From contig JBEKKX010000002.1 of NCBI GenBank assembly GCA_050010515.1, positions 37,176 through 101,175 on the forward strand: 64,000 nucleotides of DNA. The letters are read 5' to 3'. Position 1 is the first letter of the stretch; every line of letters begins with the position of its first letter. The notes beneath the pieces were generated by a model that was not told the DNA's origin, did not search any database, and worked only from the letters and a program-made list of their open reading frames with translations. The position numbers were made by a program, and so were the translations under genes. The DNA is from Candidatus Bathyarchaeia archaeon (lineage in GTDB: Archaea > Thermoproteota > Bathyarchaeia > Bathyarchaeales > Bathycorpusculaceae). Shown one piece after another: positions 20,335 through 29,580 of this stretch.

Positions 20335-20382
20335 AACGTCCGAACATGTGAACGTCCGAGCATATGAACGTTTTTTCATATG
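20335..20382. repeat. three tandem 16-bp iteron-like repeats
   Basis: AACGTCCGAACATGTG / AACGTCCGAGCATATG / AACGTTTTTTCATATG. Confidence 0.7.
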
Positions 20383-21088
20383 AAACACCCGACCAAAACC
20401 TAACCCCCCACTACCCACCCCCCGCACTAAGCGGGGCAAACCCCAAAACAACACCCTCTCTTCTTTTAGAACAGCCGAGAGTAAGATAGTAGATTCAACT
20501 GAGTAGATTAGGTTAGAATAGAATAGCTATGGGTAGGGAAGGGGTAAAAGGGGAAACCAATAGGCATACCCGCGCTAAGTCGTCCGACACACACACACCG
20601 CCCCCGCGCAACACACACATAACAAAAAATGATAAACAAATGCAATCATTAACCGAAAGTGTTAATCATCGAGCACCCAGAACGAACCAACAAAACAAGC
20701 ACATAGAACCCAGAAAAAGCCATGCCCATGTTTACCTTAATTCAGGAAAAAAAGATACTGCCTTGCGTTTTCATGAATCGAACTCCCCGCCTATCTGTAC
20801 CCCTGAACAACAGCAACTCCTGAGCGTCCGCCCTCGCTGGAAAAATACCCATTTTTTAAAATTTCTGGGTTCGATTTTTATGGATGGGATTCCCCATTTT
20901 ATTTGGCTTGGAAGAATTCCTTGCCCAAAATCATTTTTTGAGCAAAATCAAGGGTATGTAGCTTAAAGGCTAAATTGGGCTTGTTTTGCCAATTGAACAC
21001 GTGTTCTACAGTTATTTGGCATTTCAAGCCCAGAATAGCCTTTAAATATGGGTTTTGCATTGCTATAAACATAAACGAAGTTGGAAAA

Positions 21089-21316
21089 ATGACAGCAACC
21101 CCAGAAAAAAACCAAATAATAAAGCAACCGAAACTTAGCTTAGCACAACGCTTTAAGAAATGGCTAAATGGGGAATATTATAAGGCACCAACAAAAGAAG
21201 AAATACAAGAAGCTGAAGAGTTGGAGCAAGAAGCTAAAGAAGACGAAATAGAGGATTCGCAAGGGGACGGATTAATGAGCGAAGGGGATATTATGTTCCC
21301 TGAGGAGATTGAATAA
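21089..21316 (+). CDS. small acidic hypothetical protein
   Basis: MTATPEKNQ...FPEEIE; ATG at 21089 about 25 nt after CTATAAA; stop abuts the next ATG at 21317. Confidence 0.65.
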   Translation: MTATPEKNQIIKQPKLSLAQRFKKWLNGEYYKAPTKEEIQEAEELEQEAKEDEIEDSQGDGLMSEGDIMFPEEIE

Positions 21317-21346
21317 ATGAGCAACTTAGAAATAGCCAAAAAGCGA

Positions 21347-21385
21347 ATTATCTACAGTTGCAGAAGTGGATACAAATATGTATCC
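21347..21385. repeat. attR-like site
   Basis: ATTATCTACAGTTGCAG aagt GGATAC AAATAT GTATCC. Confidence 0.75.
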
Positions 21386-21404
21386 CTTAAAAAACTTGGA
21401 ATCC

Positions 21405-22439
21405 ATGAAAAACATGCAGAGCAAGCAGCGAAAAGATGAAAATTACTGTTTAGGCATAGAATCTTCAGCAGACGATTTTGGCGTTGGAATAGCCGCCTTC
21501 AACGGAGAAATACTCGCCAACAAATCCGACAGTTACATACCAGCAGAAGGCGGAATCCACCCTAGAGAAGCAGCAAGGCACCACTCTGAAGTTGCTGATA
21601 AAGTGCTAAGCGACGCCTTAACGGCGGCGGGCGTGAAGCCAAGTGACTTGTCGATTATTGCGTTTTCTCAGGGTCCAGGTTTAGGACCATGCTTGCGCAC
21701 AGGTGCTACTGTTGCCAGAGCTTTGGCGTCATACCTTGAGGTTCCGCTAGTGGGTGTTAACCATTCTGTGGCGCATATTGAGATTGGAAAACTAAAAACT
21801 GGCGTTGTTGACCCAGTGACCCTTTACGCTTCAGGCGGCAACACCATGGTGACAGCTTTTGAGGCTGGACGCTACAGAGTTTTCGGTGAAACCTTAGATA
21901 TTGCCCTTGGGAACTGTTTGGACGTTTTCGCTCGGGAAGCGGGTCTTAAGCACCGGAAGGGTTTGCCGCTTGGAGCTGCCGTGGAGCGGTTGGCAGCTAA
22001 TGGGAAAAGGCTGGTTTCTTTGCCGTATGTTGTGAAGGGCATGGACTTATCCCTTAGCGGCTTATTGACTGCGGCGACAGCTCAGCTGCATAGGGGCGAT
22101 TGCTGCTTGGAGGATTTGTGTTATAGTCTTCAGGAGAACGCTTTTTCGATGGTTACTGAAGTTACTGAGCGCGCGTTGGCGCATACGGAGAAGAAGGAGG
22201 TTCTGTTAACAGGAGGGGTAGCAGCCAATAAACGGTTGCAATCCATGCTTGCTGTTATCGCGGAGGAGCATGACGCACGGTTCAGTGTGGTTCCGCTTGA
22301 GTTTGCAACTGACAACGGCGCCATGATTGCTTGGACAGGCGTTTTAGCTTACAGGCACGGGGTAGTTACGCCTTTGGATGAGAGTTATGTGAAGCTGCGT
22401 TGGCGGGTGGATAAGGTGGATGTTCCATGGATACAGTAG
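21405..22439 (+). CDS. kae1: KEOPS tRNA threonylcarbamoyltransferase Kae1
   Basis: GGIHPREAA, GPGLGPCL, NHSVAHIE, SGGNT, DNGAMIAW. Start moved outside attR (ATG 21405 or 21414). Confidence 0.95.
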   Translation: MKNMQSKQRKDENYCLGIESSADDFGVGIAAFNGEILANKSDSYIPAEGGIHPREAARHHSEVADKVLSDALTAAGVKPSDLSIIAFSQGPGLGPCLRTGATVARALASYLEVPLVGVNHSVAHIEIGKLKTGVVDPVTLYASGGNTMVTAFEAGRYRVFGETLDIALGNCLDVFAREAGLKHRKGLPLGAAVERLAANGKRLVSLPYVVKGMDLSLSGLLTAATAQLHRGDCCLEDLCYSLQENAFSMVTEVTERALAHTEKKEVLLTGGVAANKRLQSMLAVIAEEHDARFSVVPLEFATDNGAMIAWTGVLAYRHGVVTPLDESYVKLRWRVDKVDVPWIQ

Positions 22440-23086
22440 TCGAGCAAACGCTGTTTAAGAAGGGTGCGGAAGCCAGCTTGTACCTTGCCGATTGGCATAG
22501 TCGAAAAGTAGTCATTAAGGTGCGAATTCCAAAAAGGTATCGTCCGGAGGCGTTGGATGAGCAGATTCGAAGTTACCGCACAGTGCATGAGCCGCAGTTG
22601 ATGCATGAAGCGAAAGCAGCTGGGGTGCCGACTCCGTTGATATACATGGTTAACGTTGCTGAAGCTTCGATTACGATGGAGTATGTGGAAGGGCAGCAGA
22701 TTAAGCAGCTACTGAACAAGGTTCCACAGGGTAAGCGGCGGGAATTATGCATGGCAATCGGCGAGTTAATCGGTAAACTTCACAGTCGTGGCTTAATCCA
22801 CGGCGACCTAACAACATCAAACATGATTCTGAGCCCTGAGGGCAAAATCTTTTTTGTTGATTTCGGTTTAGGCGAAAAAAATAGCGAGCTGGAGGCGGAG
22901 GGTGTGGATTTGCATTTGATGAAGCGGGCGCTGCAGAGTACCCATTACCAGTTCTGGGAAGAATGCTTCAAAAACGTGCTGTCTGGTTACTCGTCGGTTC
23001 TGGGTTCGGAAGCAGCGGAAAAGGTTTATGAGAAAATAAAGGAGATAGAGAGGCGTGGCCGCTATGTCGAGGAAAGAAAACAATAA
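22427..23086 (+). CDS. bud32: KEOPS kinase Bud32
   Basis: KGAEA, IHGDLTTSNM, DFGL, VDLHL. Confidence 0.95.
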   Translation: MDTVVEQTLFKKGAEASLYLADWHSRKVVIKVRIPKRYRPEALDEQIRSYRTVHEPQLMHEAKAAGVPTPLIYMVNVAEASITMEYVEGQQIKQLLNKVPQGKRRELCMAIGELIGKLHSRGLIHGDLTTSNMILSPEGKIFFVDFGLGEKNSELEAEGVDLHLMKRALQSTHYQFWEECFKNVLSGYSSVLGSEAAEKVYEKIKEIERRGRYVEERKQ

Positions 23087-23678
23087 TCAAACCTGTAGTC
23101 TCAATGGCAAGGTTGTCTTTTTTGCCACAGGCAACATTAACAAGTTCAACGAAGCCAGAAGCATCCTAAGCAGTTACGGGTTTGCAGTCGCAATGCTGCG
23201 CGTGAAGGGAGACGAGATGCAAAGCGACAGCCTGAAAGAAATCGCAAAAACAAGCGCCGTAAACGCGTTTAAACGAAGCCACTTGCCCATTTTCGTGGAG
23301 GACGCAGGCTTATTTATTGATGCCCTAAGCGGTTTTCCCGGTCCATATGCTGCTTACGTATACAAAACAATTCACAACAGCGGCATACTACGGTTGATGG
23401 AAAACGTGGCGGATAGGCATGCGAGATTCCGGTCAGTTATATCTTACTGTGACGAAACCCTTTGTGAGCCAGAGTGTTTTGACGGCGAATCCAATGGCGA
23501 AATAACCTTAACCGAACGCAGACAACAGGGAAAATCAGCTTTTGGCTTTGACCCTATTTTTCAGCCTGTTGGAAGCTGTAAAACATTTGCGGAAATGACT
23601 ATTGAAGAGAAGAACGGTTTCTCGCATAGAGCAATTGCCATACGCAAATTTGCTGAATGGTACAAAACAAAGCCTTGA
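23064..23678 (+). CDS. rdgB: XTP/dITP diphosphatase (Ham1/RdgB)
   Basis: ATGNINK, EDAGL, GFPGPY, FGFDPIF, KNGFSHR. Confidence 0.95.
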   Translation: MSRKENNNQTCSLNGKVVFFATGNINKFNEARSILSSYGFAVAMLRVKGDEMQSDSLKEIAKTSAVNAFKRSHLPIFVEDAGLFIDALSGFPGPYAAYVYKTIHNSGILRLMENVADRHARFRSVISYCDETLCEPECFDGESNGEITLTERRQQGKSAFGFDPIFQPVGSCKTFAEMTIEEKNGFSHRAIAIRKFAEWYKTKP

Positions 23679-23794
23679 ATAATTTATCAAATAAATACCT
23701 TCAAAACGCAACGGCAAAACGGAATCTGTCAGCATCATTACATAAAATGTTATATCTGCAAAGCAACTGAATGAAGAACACAGGGGAACCAGGA

Positions 23795-24162
23795 ATGAGT
23801 AAACAGAAAGCGGCAAACGGAAACCGGGTAAGTGTACTTGCGACAATATTTGCTGTTGTATTAATTGGATTGGCAAGTCTGGTTTACACTTATTACACAC
23901 CATTGATAATTCGAAGGATGCCGAAATAGCTGACCAGAGCAATCAAATAGCCAGTTTAAATGCCACAATTTTGGGCCTCAACAGTCAGGTAGCTGCTTTA
24001 AAGAGCCAAATAAGTGATTTGCAGGAAAAATACACAGCGAACCTTGTTACTGCACTTGGAGCTAATGAAATCTCAAGCTCTATAGCTCTGTTCTTTGTCA
24101 TCTCTACATATCTGGCACAGTTACCGATGCTGGTAAACAGTAGCTATGTGAGCCAGGGCTAA
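23795..24162 (+). pseudogene. frameshifted membrane-anchored coiled-coil protein
   Basis: MSKQKAANGNRVSVLATIFAVVLIGLASLVYTYY continues in another frame near 23900 as DNSKDAEIADQSNQIASLNATILGLNSQVAALKSQISDLQ. Confidence 0.6.
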
Positions 24163-24277
24163 GACATCCAAGAATATTACAGATACGTGATTATAAGGAA
24201 CCAGAAGATTGCAATGGGAAAGAATTTCTACCTGAATGTCAATTATAAATATAATCTAATTTAGTTTACACAATATA

Positions 24278-24511
24278 ATGGAAGAAGTTCCTACTAGAAT
24301 GTCAAATATAAAGGAAGAACACAGGGATAATTTACTTGGTGGACTTGCAATTATTCTAATTGGAATACTTCTTAGTTCATCAGCTATATGGGGATTAGTT
24401 GATAACGTCTATTCAATGAATAGTGGACTTGCACCAATAATGTTTATTATTTTAGGAGTTGGATCAATTATTTGGGGTGTATTAATATTCATTCATAAAC
24501 CTGAGGCGTAA
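24278..24511 (+). CDS. small two-TM membrane protein
   Basis: Two hydrophobic segments. Confidence 0.6.
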   Translation: MEEVPTRMSNIKEEHRDNLLGGLAIILIGILLSSSAIWGLVDNVYSMNSGLAPIMFIILGVGSIIWGVLIFIHKPEA

Positions 24512-24567
24512 ACAATTGTTGTTTGGTCACGAAAAAACAAGGGCTACCTTCACAGGAGACATAGACG

Positions 24568-25060
24568 ATGAATTCGGTAATTAGGTTTATAAAGGCAATA
24601 TATTGTTTAGTCAAAGCCTTGCTAGGTTTACCATACGTGTCTACGGGGATATTGGTACTGTTAGCCTTGACTTGGTTTAGCCAACCCCCTGATTTAATAT
24701 TAACAGCTGCGTTGTTGTTTGCTTTTCCAGTTTCTTGGTTATGTCGGCTTCAATGTGAGCGAGAACAGAGATTTTATAAGGGGTTGTTTATGGATAGCAA
24801 AAGCTACAGACAAGCAACAAGTTCAACAAAAGTGTCGTCAGGTACAGCGAAAAGCTGTCCTGTCTGCAACAAAACTATCTCTTCAGAAAACAATTTCTGT
24901 CCTTATTAGGCAACTGACCTCAGAGGGCAAAGGTTGCAACAGCAGCCCAATCCCGCAGAAACAGGGATGACGATATGTCCAAAATGCAACAACAGAGTAG
25001 CTTACAATGCGAGTTTTGTGCAAATTGTGAAGCAGACTTCAGACCGAAAACACCAATAGT
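24568..25060 (+). pseudogene. degraded membrane + double zinc-ribbon protein
   Basis: CPVC...FCPY* stop where C is expected; downstream fragments ICPKCNNRV / FCANCEADFRPKTPIV parallel the C-terminus of 19001-19330. Confidence 0.6.
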
Positions 25061-25110
25061 AGGGCTTAACAATTTTTAAGGCAAAAATCTAGTTAGACAC
25101 AGATATTAAC

Positions 25111-25560
25111 TTGATTCGTCTTTTCTTCCGTTCAAGGTTTATCAACTTGGATATTAGGCTGCAAGTTTTCAAGCTTGATGCGGATGATGATAATTATTCG
25201 CGGAGAAGCTTTCGCTTTGCTGTTGTTGACTTTAGTAAGTCTAAGAGTTATCCTTCAAATTTTGTTTGTATGCTACCAGTACAATTAGGAGCTGGAAGAT
25301 CGGATTGTGTTTTCCTTCATGTTTTCGGAGACAAAAGCTTGGAACAAGCTAAGGCTTTGTTGAAAGCTGCTTTGGAGCGGGAGGATGATTCTGAGGTTAA
25401 AGCTGAGATTGAGAGAAGACTCAAGCTGCTTGAGCCTAAAGGGGTTAATCAAATAAAGTGCAGTGGTTGCGGAAAACTCTTTCAGCCTAGACGGATAAGA
25501 CGGTTCAAGAACAAATTTTGCGAAGAATGCATGAAGAAAAAGTTTGGAAGTCGAGTATAG
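25111..25560 (+). CDS. hypothetical protein with C-terminal zinc finger
   Basis: CSGCGKLF...FCEEC; true start may be TTG 25147. Confidence 0.7.
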   Translation: MIRLFFRSRFINLDIRLQVFKLDADDDNYSRRSFRFAVVDFSKSKSYPSNFVCMLPVQLGAGRSDCVFLHVFGDKSLEQAKALLKAALEREDDSEVKAEIERRLKLLEPKGVNQIKCSGCGKLFQPRRIRRFKNKFCEECMKKKFGSRV

Positions 25561-25826
25561 AGGAGGAATGGGTTAGGTTTCTATGCTTCGCTGTTTTAAT
25601 TTAGTATCTATGATGCTGCATACCTGTTCCGAAATTGGTCAAAAATGGTATTTGCTTGAATTTTGCTCTAAGTGCGATTCCGCTGGGATTTGAACCCAGC
25701 CCCAAGTGTTGATATTAACCACGAGTTTCCCTTTTTGTGATTCTTGGCTCAATAGTTTTGAATTAGCTTCAATCAACACTTTCATGCGGGAAATCCCTTT
25801 TGATTGGTCAAGTGGCTAGATCGGCA

Positions 25827-26483
25827 TTATTCTTTTAGCATCTGAGTGAGTATGCGTAGTTCTGCTTTTCTGCGATGCGTCGCCAAAGCGGATTTGTGAA
25901 GGTTGAGTTTTTTTGCTAACTGTTCGGAACTGATTTTTCTTGGCAAGTTGTAATATCCCAGCTTGTATGCTGCAATCAAGACCTTTCTTTGCTTTTCCGT
26001 CAAAGCATTAAGCGGCGAATCAGGCGAGAACTTTGCATCCGCAAGCGAGACTATTCTATAGCGCATTCCTGACCTTTCTATTGTCCTAAGAGTTTCTCTT
26101 ATCTGTTTTATACTGCCGAGGAAAGTCATCTTGAAATTTCCTTGCCGCATTTCTCTAGAAACAATGTATCCTCCTTTTTCCCCAAACGCATTAAATCTTG
26201 CATCAATTTGCTTCAGTTTGTGCTTAACGAGAACTATGTAAGCACCTCCAGTTTCTCGTTCAAGAAGTTGCACTTGATCAGCGTTATCGTTAACCAGCTT
26301 TGCGTAGTCTTCGACGTTAGAGACTTCAGTTTCAAGTTCTACTCTACATATCATTGTTATTTCTTCCTCTTTATGTCGGAGGAGTAACAAAACTTCTAAA
26401 GTCTTTACGTTTTGAAGAAGTTGCGATTCCCCTTCAATTTTGCTTAATTCGTCTTTTGGAAACTCCAGTATGAGTCTGCGCAT
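25827..26483 (-). CDS. HTH_10 (bacterio-opsin activator type) transcriptional regulator
   Basis: LTEKQRKVLIAAYKLGYYNLPRK..LAKKL..LATHRRKAE. Confidence 0.9.
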   Translation of the reverse strand: MRRLILEFPKDELSKIEGESQLLQNVKTLEVLLLLRHKEEEITMICRVELETEVSNVEDYAKLVNDNADQVQLLERETGGAYIVLVKHKLKQIDARFNAFGEKGGYIVSREMRQGNFKMTFLGSIKQIRETLRTIERSGMRYRIVSLADAKFSPDSPLNALTEKQRKVLIAAYKLGYYNLPRKISSEQLAKKLNLHKSALATHRRKAELRILTQMLKE

Positions 26484-26610
26484 AAACTAACGCATAGTGC
26501 TTTGGTCAATTATGTGTTTTGGTCTGAAAGGCGGATACATCCGCTATAAGGCTAATTCGGCAGTATACTCTCTCATAGAGACCCACAGATGGATTCAAGG
26601 GGTAAAAGAC

Positions 26611-27621
26611 ATGAGCGAAGATGTCATAATTGTTGAAGGGTTAACAAAAATCTTTAATGGTGGTCTAGTAGCTGTTGACCACGTAAGTTTCACCGTGAAA
26701 CAAGGCGAGAATTTTGGTTTTTTAGGGCCAAATGGAGCTGGAAAAACAACAACAATCAAAATGCTCACCACAATACTAAAGCCAACAGAAGGAAGGGCCT
26801 TGATACTTGGCAACGATGTTGCCAAACAGAAATCAAGCGTCAAGAACTTGATCGGTATGTTGCCACAGGAATATACTGCCGACGAAGATCTAACAGGCTA
26901 TCAGAACATATTGTTGTGCGCAGCCCTTTACGGAGTTCCAAAAGATACTTCGAAGAAACGTGCCTTGGAACTCTTGAACCTAGTTGAGTTAACCGCATTC
27001 AAAGACAAAGCAGTTCAAACTTACTCGGGAGGAATGCGCAGAAGACTTGAACTTGTTTGCAGTTTAATAAACAGCCCTAAAGTGCTCTTTCTAGACGAAC
27101 CCACCTTGGGATTAGATGTCCAAACAAGAGCAGCCACTTGGAATTACCTCAAAACGTTGAAAAAAGAGTTTGGCGCGACCCTTTTTCTGACAACGCATTA
27201 TTTGGAAGAGGCTGACTTGCTCTGCGACCGCGTTGCAATCATTGACCATGGAAAAATAGTTACCATTGGCACTCCAAATGATTTGAAAAAAGGACTCGGC
27301 GGAGACATTATAACGTTAAGCATCCAAGATGACACAGACATTTCTGGCATAATTGAAAGAATTCCAAGAGTTAAGGAAGTGAAAAGGCAAGATAGCACCT
27401 ATAGGATAAAGGTAGAAGATGGAGAGGAAACCGCTCCAGACATAATAGAAGCAGTGAGAACGAAAGGACATAAAGTGGTAAAGCTTTCATTGGCAAAACC
27501 CACGCTGGATGAAGTGTACATGGAGTTCACGGGCAAGAGTTTGCGGGAAGAAGAAGGATCTAAAGTTACGGTTCTTCGGCAAAGGGAGACTATGCAAAAA
27601 GCAGAAGGAAGAAGGATGTGA
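26611..27621 (+). CDS. ABC exporter ATP-binding protein (DrrA-like)
   Basis: GPNGAGKTT, YSGGMRRRL, FLDEPTLGLD, TTHY. Confidence 0.95.
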   Translation: MSEDVIIVEGLTKIFNGGLVAVDHVSFTVKQGENFGFLGPNGAGKTTTIKMLTTILKPTEGRALILGNDVAKQKSSVKNLIGMLPQEYTADEDLTGYQNILLCAALYGVPKDTSKKRALELLNLVELTAFKDKAVQTYSGGMRRRLELVCSLINSPKVLFLDEPTLGLDVQTRAATWNYLKTLKKEFGATLFLTTHYLEEADLLCDRVAIIDHGKIVTIGTPNDLKKGLGGDIITLSIQDDTDISGIIERIPRVKEVKRQDSTYRIKVEDGEETAPDIIEAVRTKGHKVVKLSLAKPTLDEVYMEFTGKSLREEEGSKVTVLRQRETMQKAEGRRM

Positions 27622-27627
27622 TAAGGT

Positions 27628-28533
27628 ATGACTAGCAACGTCAGAGATTCGAACAATCCCCTACATGGTTTGGGAGCGCTAACGAGTCGTGAACTCATAA
27701 AATGGTTCAAAAATCCCGTTGTATTCGTTCTCACTGTTGCCCAGCCTATTATATGGATGGGTCTGCTTGGGAAAGGCATAAACATAAGCGGAATATTCAC
27801 AGCTGGCCACTTTCCTGCTTTGACACTTACTCCACCAGCCACCCAACAACAACTCCTGCAAATAAGCAAATATTTTGGTGGTCTGCAATCGCACATAATG
27901 ACGAATGTATTTGGCGTAACTGATTACTTCTCTTTCTTGGCTTGCGGCATTGTTATTTTCATAACACTCCTTGCAACCACTTATAGTGCCACATCGGTTG
28001 TTCTAGATCGACGTTTTGGCTTCATTGATAAACTTCTGTCAACGTCCGTTTCCAAATCTGTTATAGTAGTATCCAAGATTTTCGCCGCAACACTACGAGC
28101 GTTGGTACAAGCCTTCATAGTGATCGGCATCGCTTTCTTGTTCGGCCTCAAAGTAGGCACAAACTTCACTCCACTCAGTATTCTTGGCACAGCCGCGATT
28201 GTATTCCTATTCGGCATGGGAATGAGCTCAATCTTCATCACAGCTGCCCTAAGGTCAACGCGAATAGAAACACAAAGTGCTTTCATAAATTTCGTTACCA
28301 TACCTTTGATGTTTGCCAGCAACGCATTTTTCCCAGTTAATTTGATGCCTAACTGGCTGCAACCAGTGGCAAACGCAAATCCTACGTCATACGCAGTTGA
28401 TGCAGTTAGACGATTCATAATCGACAGCGGTAGTCTAAACAATCTTGCGGTTGATTTCGCGTACGTTGGTACCTTTGCTGTGATAATGACTGCAATAAGC
28501 ATCGTGCTTTCATGGAAATTTCTAAATAAGTAG
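27628..28533 (+). CDS. ABC-2 permease
   Basis: DRRFG, FASNAFFP, MPNWLQ..NPTSYAVDAVR. Confidence 0.93.
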   Translation: MTSNVRDSNNPLHGLGALTSRELIKWFKNPVVFVLTVAQPIIWMGLLGKGINISGIFTAGHFPALTLTPPATQQQLLQISKYFGGLQSHIMTNVFGVTDYFSFLACGIVIFITLLATTYSATSVVLDRRFGFIDKLLSTSVSKSVIVVSKIFAATLRALVQAFIVIGIAFLFGLKVGTNFTPLSILGTAAIVFLFGMGMSSIFITAALRSTRIETQSAFINFVTIPLMFASNAFFPVNLMPNWLQPVANANPTSYAVDAVRRFIIDSGSLNNLAVDFAYVGTFAVIMTAISIVLSWKFLNK

Positions 28534-28865
28534 CGGGGGGAGTAGAAAGATGCATACAAGACGGTTGAAGCATGTAAAATTGCAAGCAACTCCAAGGGCA
28601 CTAAAGTGTTCAAAAAAACGTACATCAACCACAGGCATAGATTGTTTGTGGTAAGACCCCCAGGATTTTGAGCCTGCTCCCAAGTGGTGATGTCACTCGT
28701 ACCACCTTTTTTTCTGCTTCATCATGAATTTCTGTGGTTTTATTGTTTCTTTATGGCGGTGGCGCTGGGACTTGAAGCCCACGGGGCGAAAATGTGCTTG
28801 TAATCCTAATAACTCTGGTGGCGTAGCAAATTGGGACTCAGACGGTGTAGGGGATGAGTCTAATA

Positions 28866-28940
28866 TGGGCCGAGCCGGACTTGAACCGGCGACCTTTGGC
28901 TCGTAAAGCCAACGTCCTAACCAAGCTAGACGACCGGCCC
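28866..28940 (-). tRNA. tRNA-Val(UAC)
   Basis: GGGCCGG acceptor, TTGGC-TTTACGA-GCCAA anticodon arm, GCCGG-TTCAAGT-CCGGC T arm. Confidence 0.95.
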
Positions 28941-29087
28941 GCACATTTTGGTATTCTGAAGCTTGATTTAAGCTGTTTGGATTAAGGAATTGCATTTGGT
29001 TGATATTAGAATTTTGTTCTTTTCTTGCTTGGGGTTAGTGTTTAATTTATATATTTAACCGACCTAATTTTTTGTAGGTGAATAATC

Positions 29088-29546
29088 TTGGTTTCTGAAA
29101 AGCTTTTAGAATTTTTAAATAAAGGTATAGCCCGCGAACTTCAAGTCAGCATACAATACATGTGGCAGCACGTCCAGGTTACTGGCATTGACGGCGCCAA
29201 CGTGGAAGACATTTTCCGCAAAACAGCCATTGCCGAAATGAAACATGCCGAACGCCTCGCAGAACGCCTAGACTACCTAAACGGCGTACCCACAACCAAA
29301 CCTGACCCGATTTTCGTCGGAGGCAGCCTCATCGAAATGCTCAAACAAGACGAGCAGGACGAAGAAGAAGCCATCAGCCTCTACAAGCAGGCAATTCAGG
29401 TTGCGGCGGAAGAAGGCGACTACACTACAAGGCGAATGCTGGAGGAAATTCTTGCTGAAGAAGAAAACCACATTAACACTTTCGGCAAACTCCTCGTCGG
29501 CATGACTGAGCCATTCACCCAGCCAGGAACCTCTCAAATAGAATAA
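29088..29546 (+). CDS. ferritin-like / bacterioferritin family protein
   Basis: E..IQY, EMKHAE, EEEAI..Y, EENH diiron motifs. Confidence 0.9.
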   Translation: MVSEKLLEFLNKGIARELQVSIQYMWQHVQVTGIDGANVEDIFRKTAIAEMKHAERLAERLDYLNGVPTTKPDPIFVGGSLIEMLKQDEQDEEEAISLYKQAIQVAAEEGDYTTRRMLEEILAEEENHINTFGKLLVGMTEPFTQPGTSQIE

Positions 29547-29580
29547 CAAACAAAAAGAAAACAAAGAAAAAAGCTGCTAC

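Larger units (their letters stand above)
16244..21379. mobile_element. 5.1-kb tyrosine-recombinase integrative element, tRNA-independent
   Basis: Integrase at the left end. AAATAT at both ends (16244-49, 21374-79) within core sites AGATAA-AAATAT-GTTTCC and GGATAC-AAATAT-GTATCC. 17-bp inverted arms 16260-76 and 21347-63 (15/17). AT-rich cargo between housekeeping tfeB and kae1. Confidence 0.85.

Noticed and set aside
20335-20382. CRISPR array
   Set aside because: Repeats are contiguous 16-mers with no spacers; no cas genes and no repeat-spacer array seen in the window.
20529-20966. 145-aa ORF in the element
   Set aside because: Runs through G-tracts, (AC)n and A/T tracts with non-protein-like composition; better explained as non-coding.
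21366-21404. N-terminal extension of Kae1 from GTG 21366
   Set aside because: This start lies inside attR, and the conserved Kae1 sequence begins later.
25681-25700. Additional tRNA genes at 25681, 28763 and 52785
   Set aside because: Only T-arm-like fragments; no D arm, anticodon arm or pairing acceptor stem.
28693-28995. ORFs 28693-28995(-) and 28724-28906(+)
   Set aside because: Both overlap tRNA-Val and are spurious.
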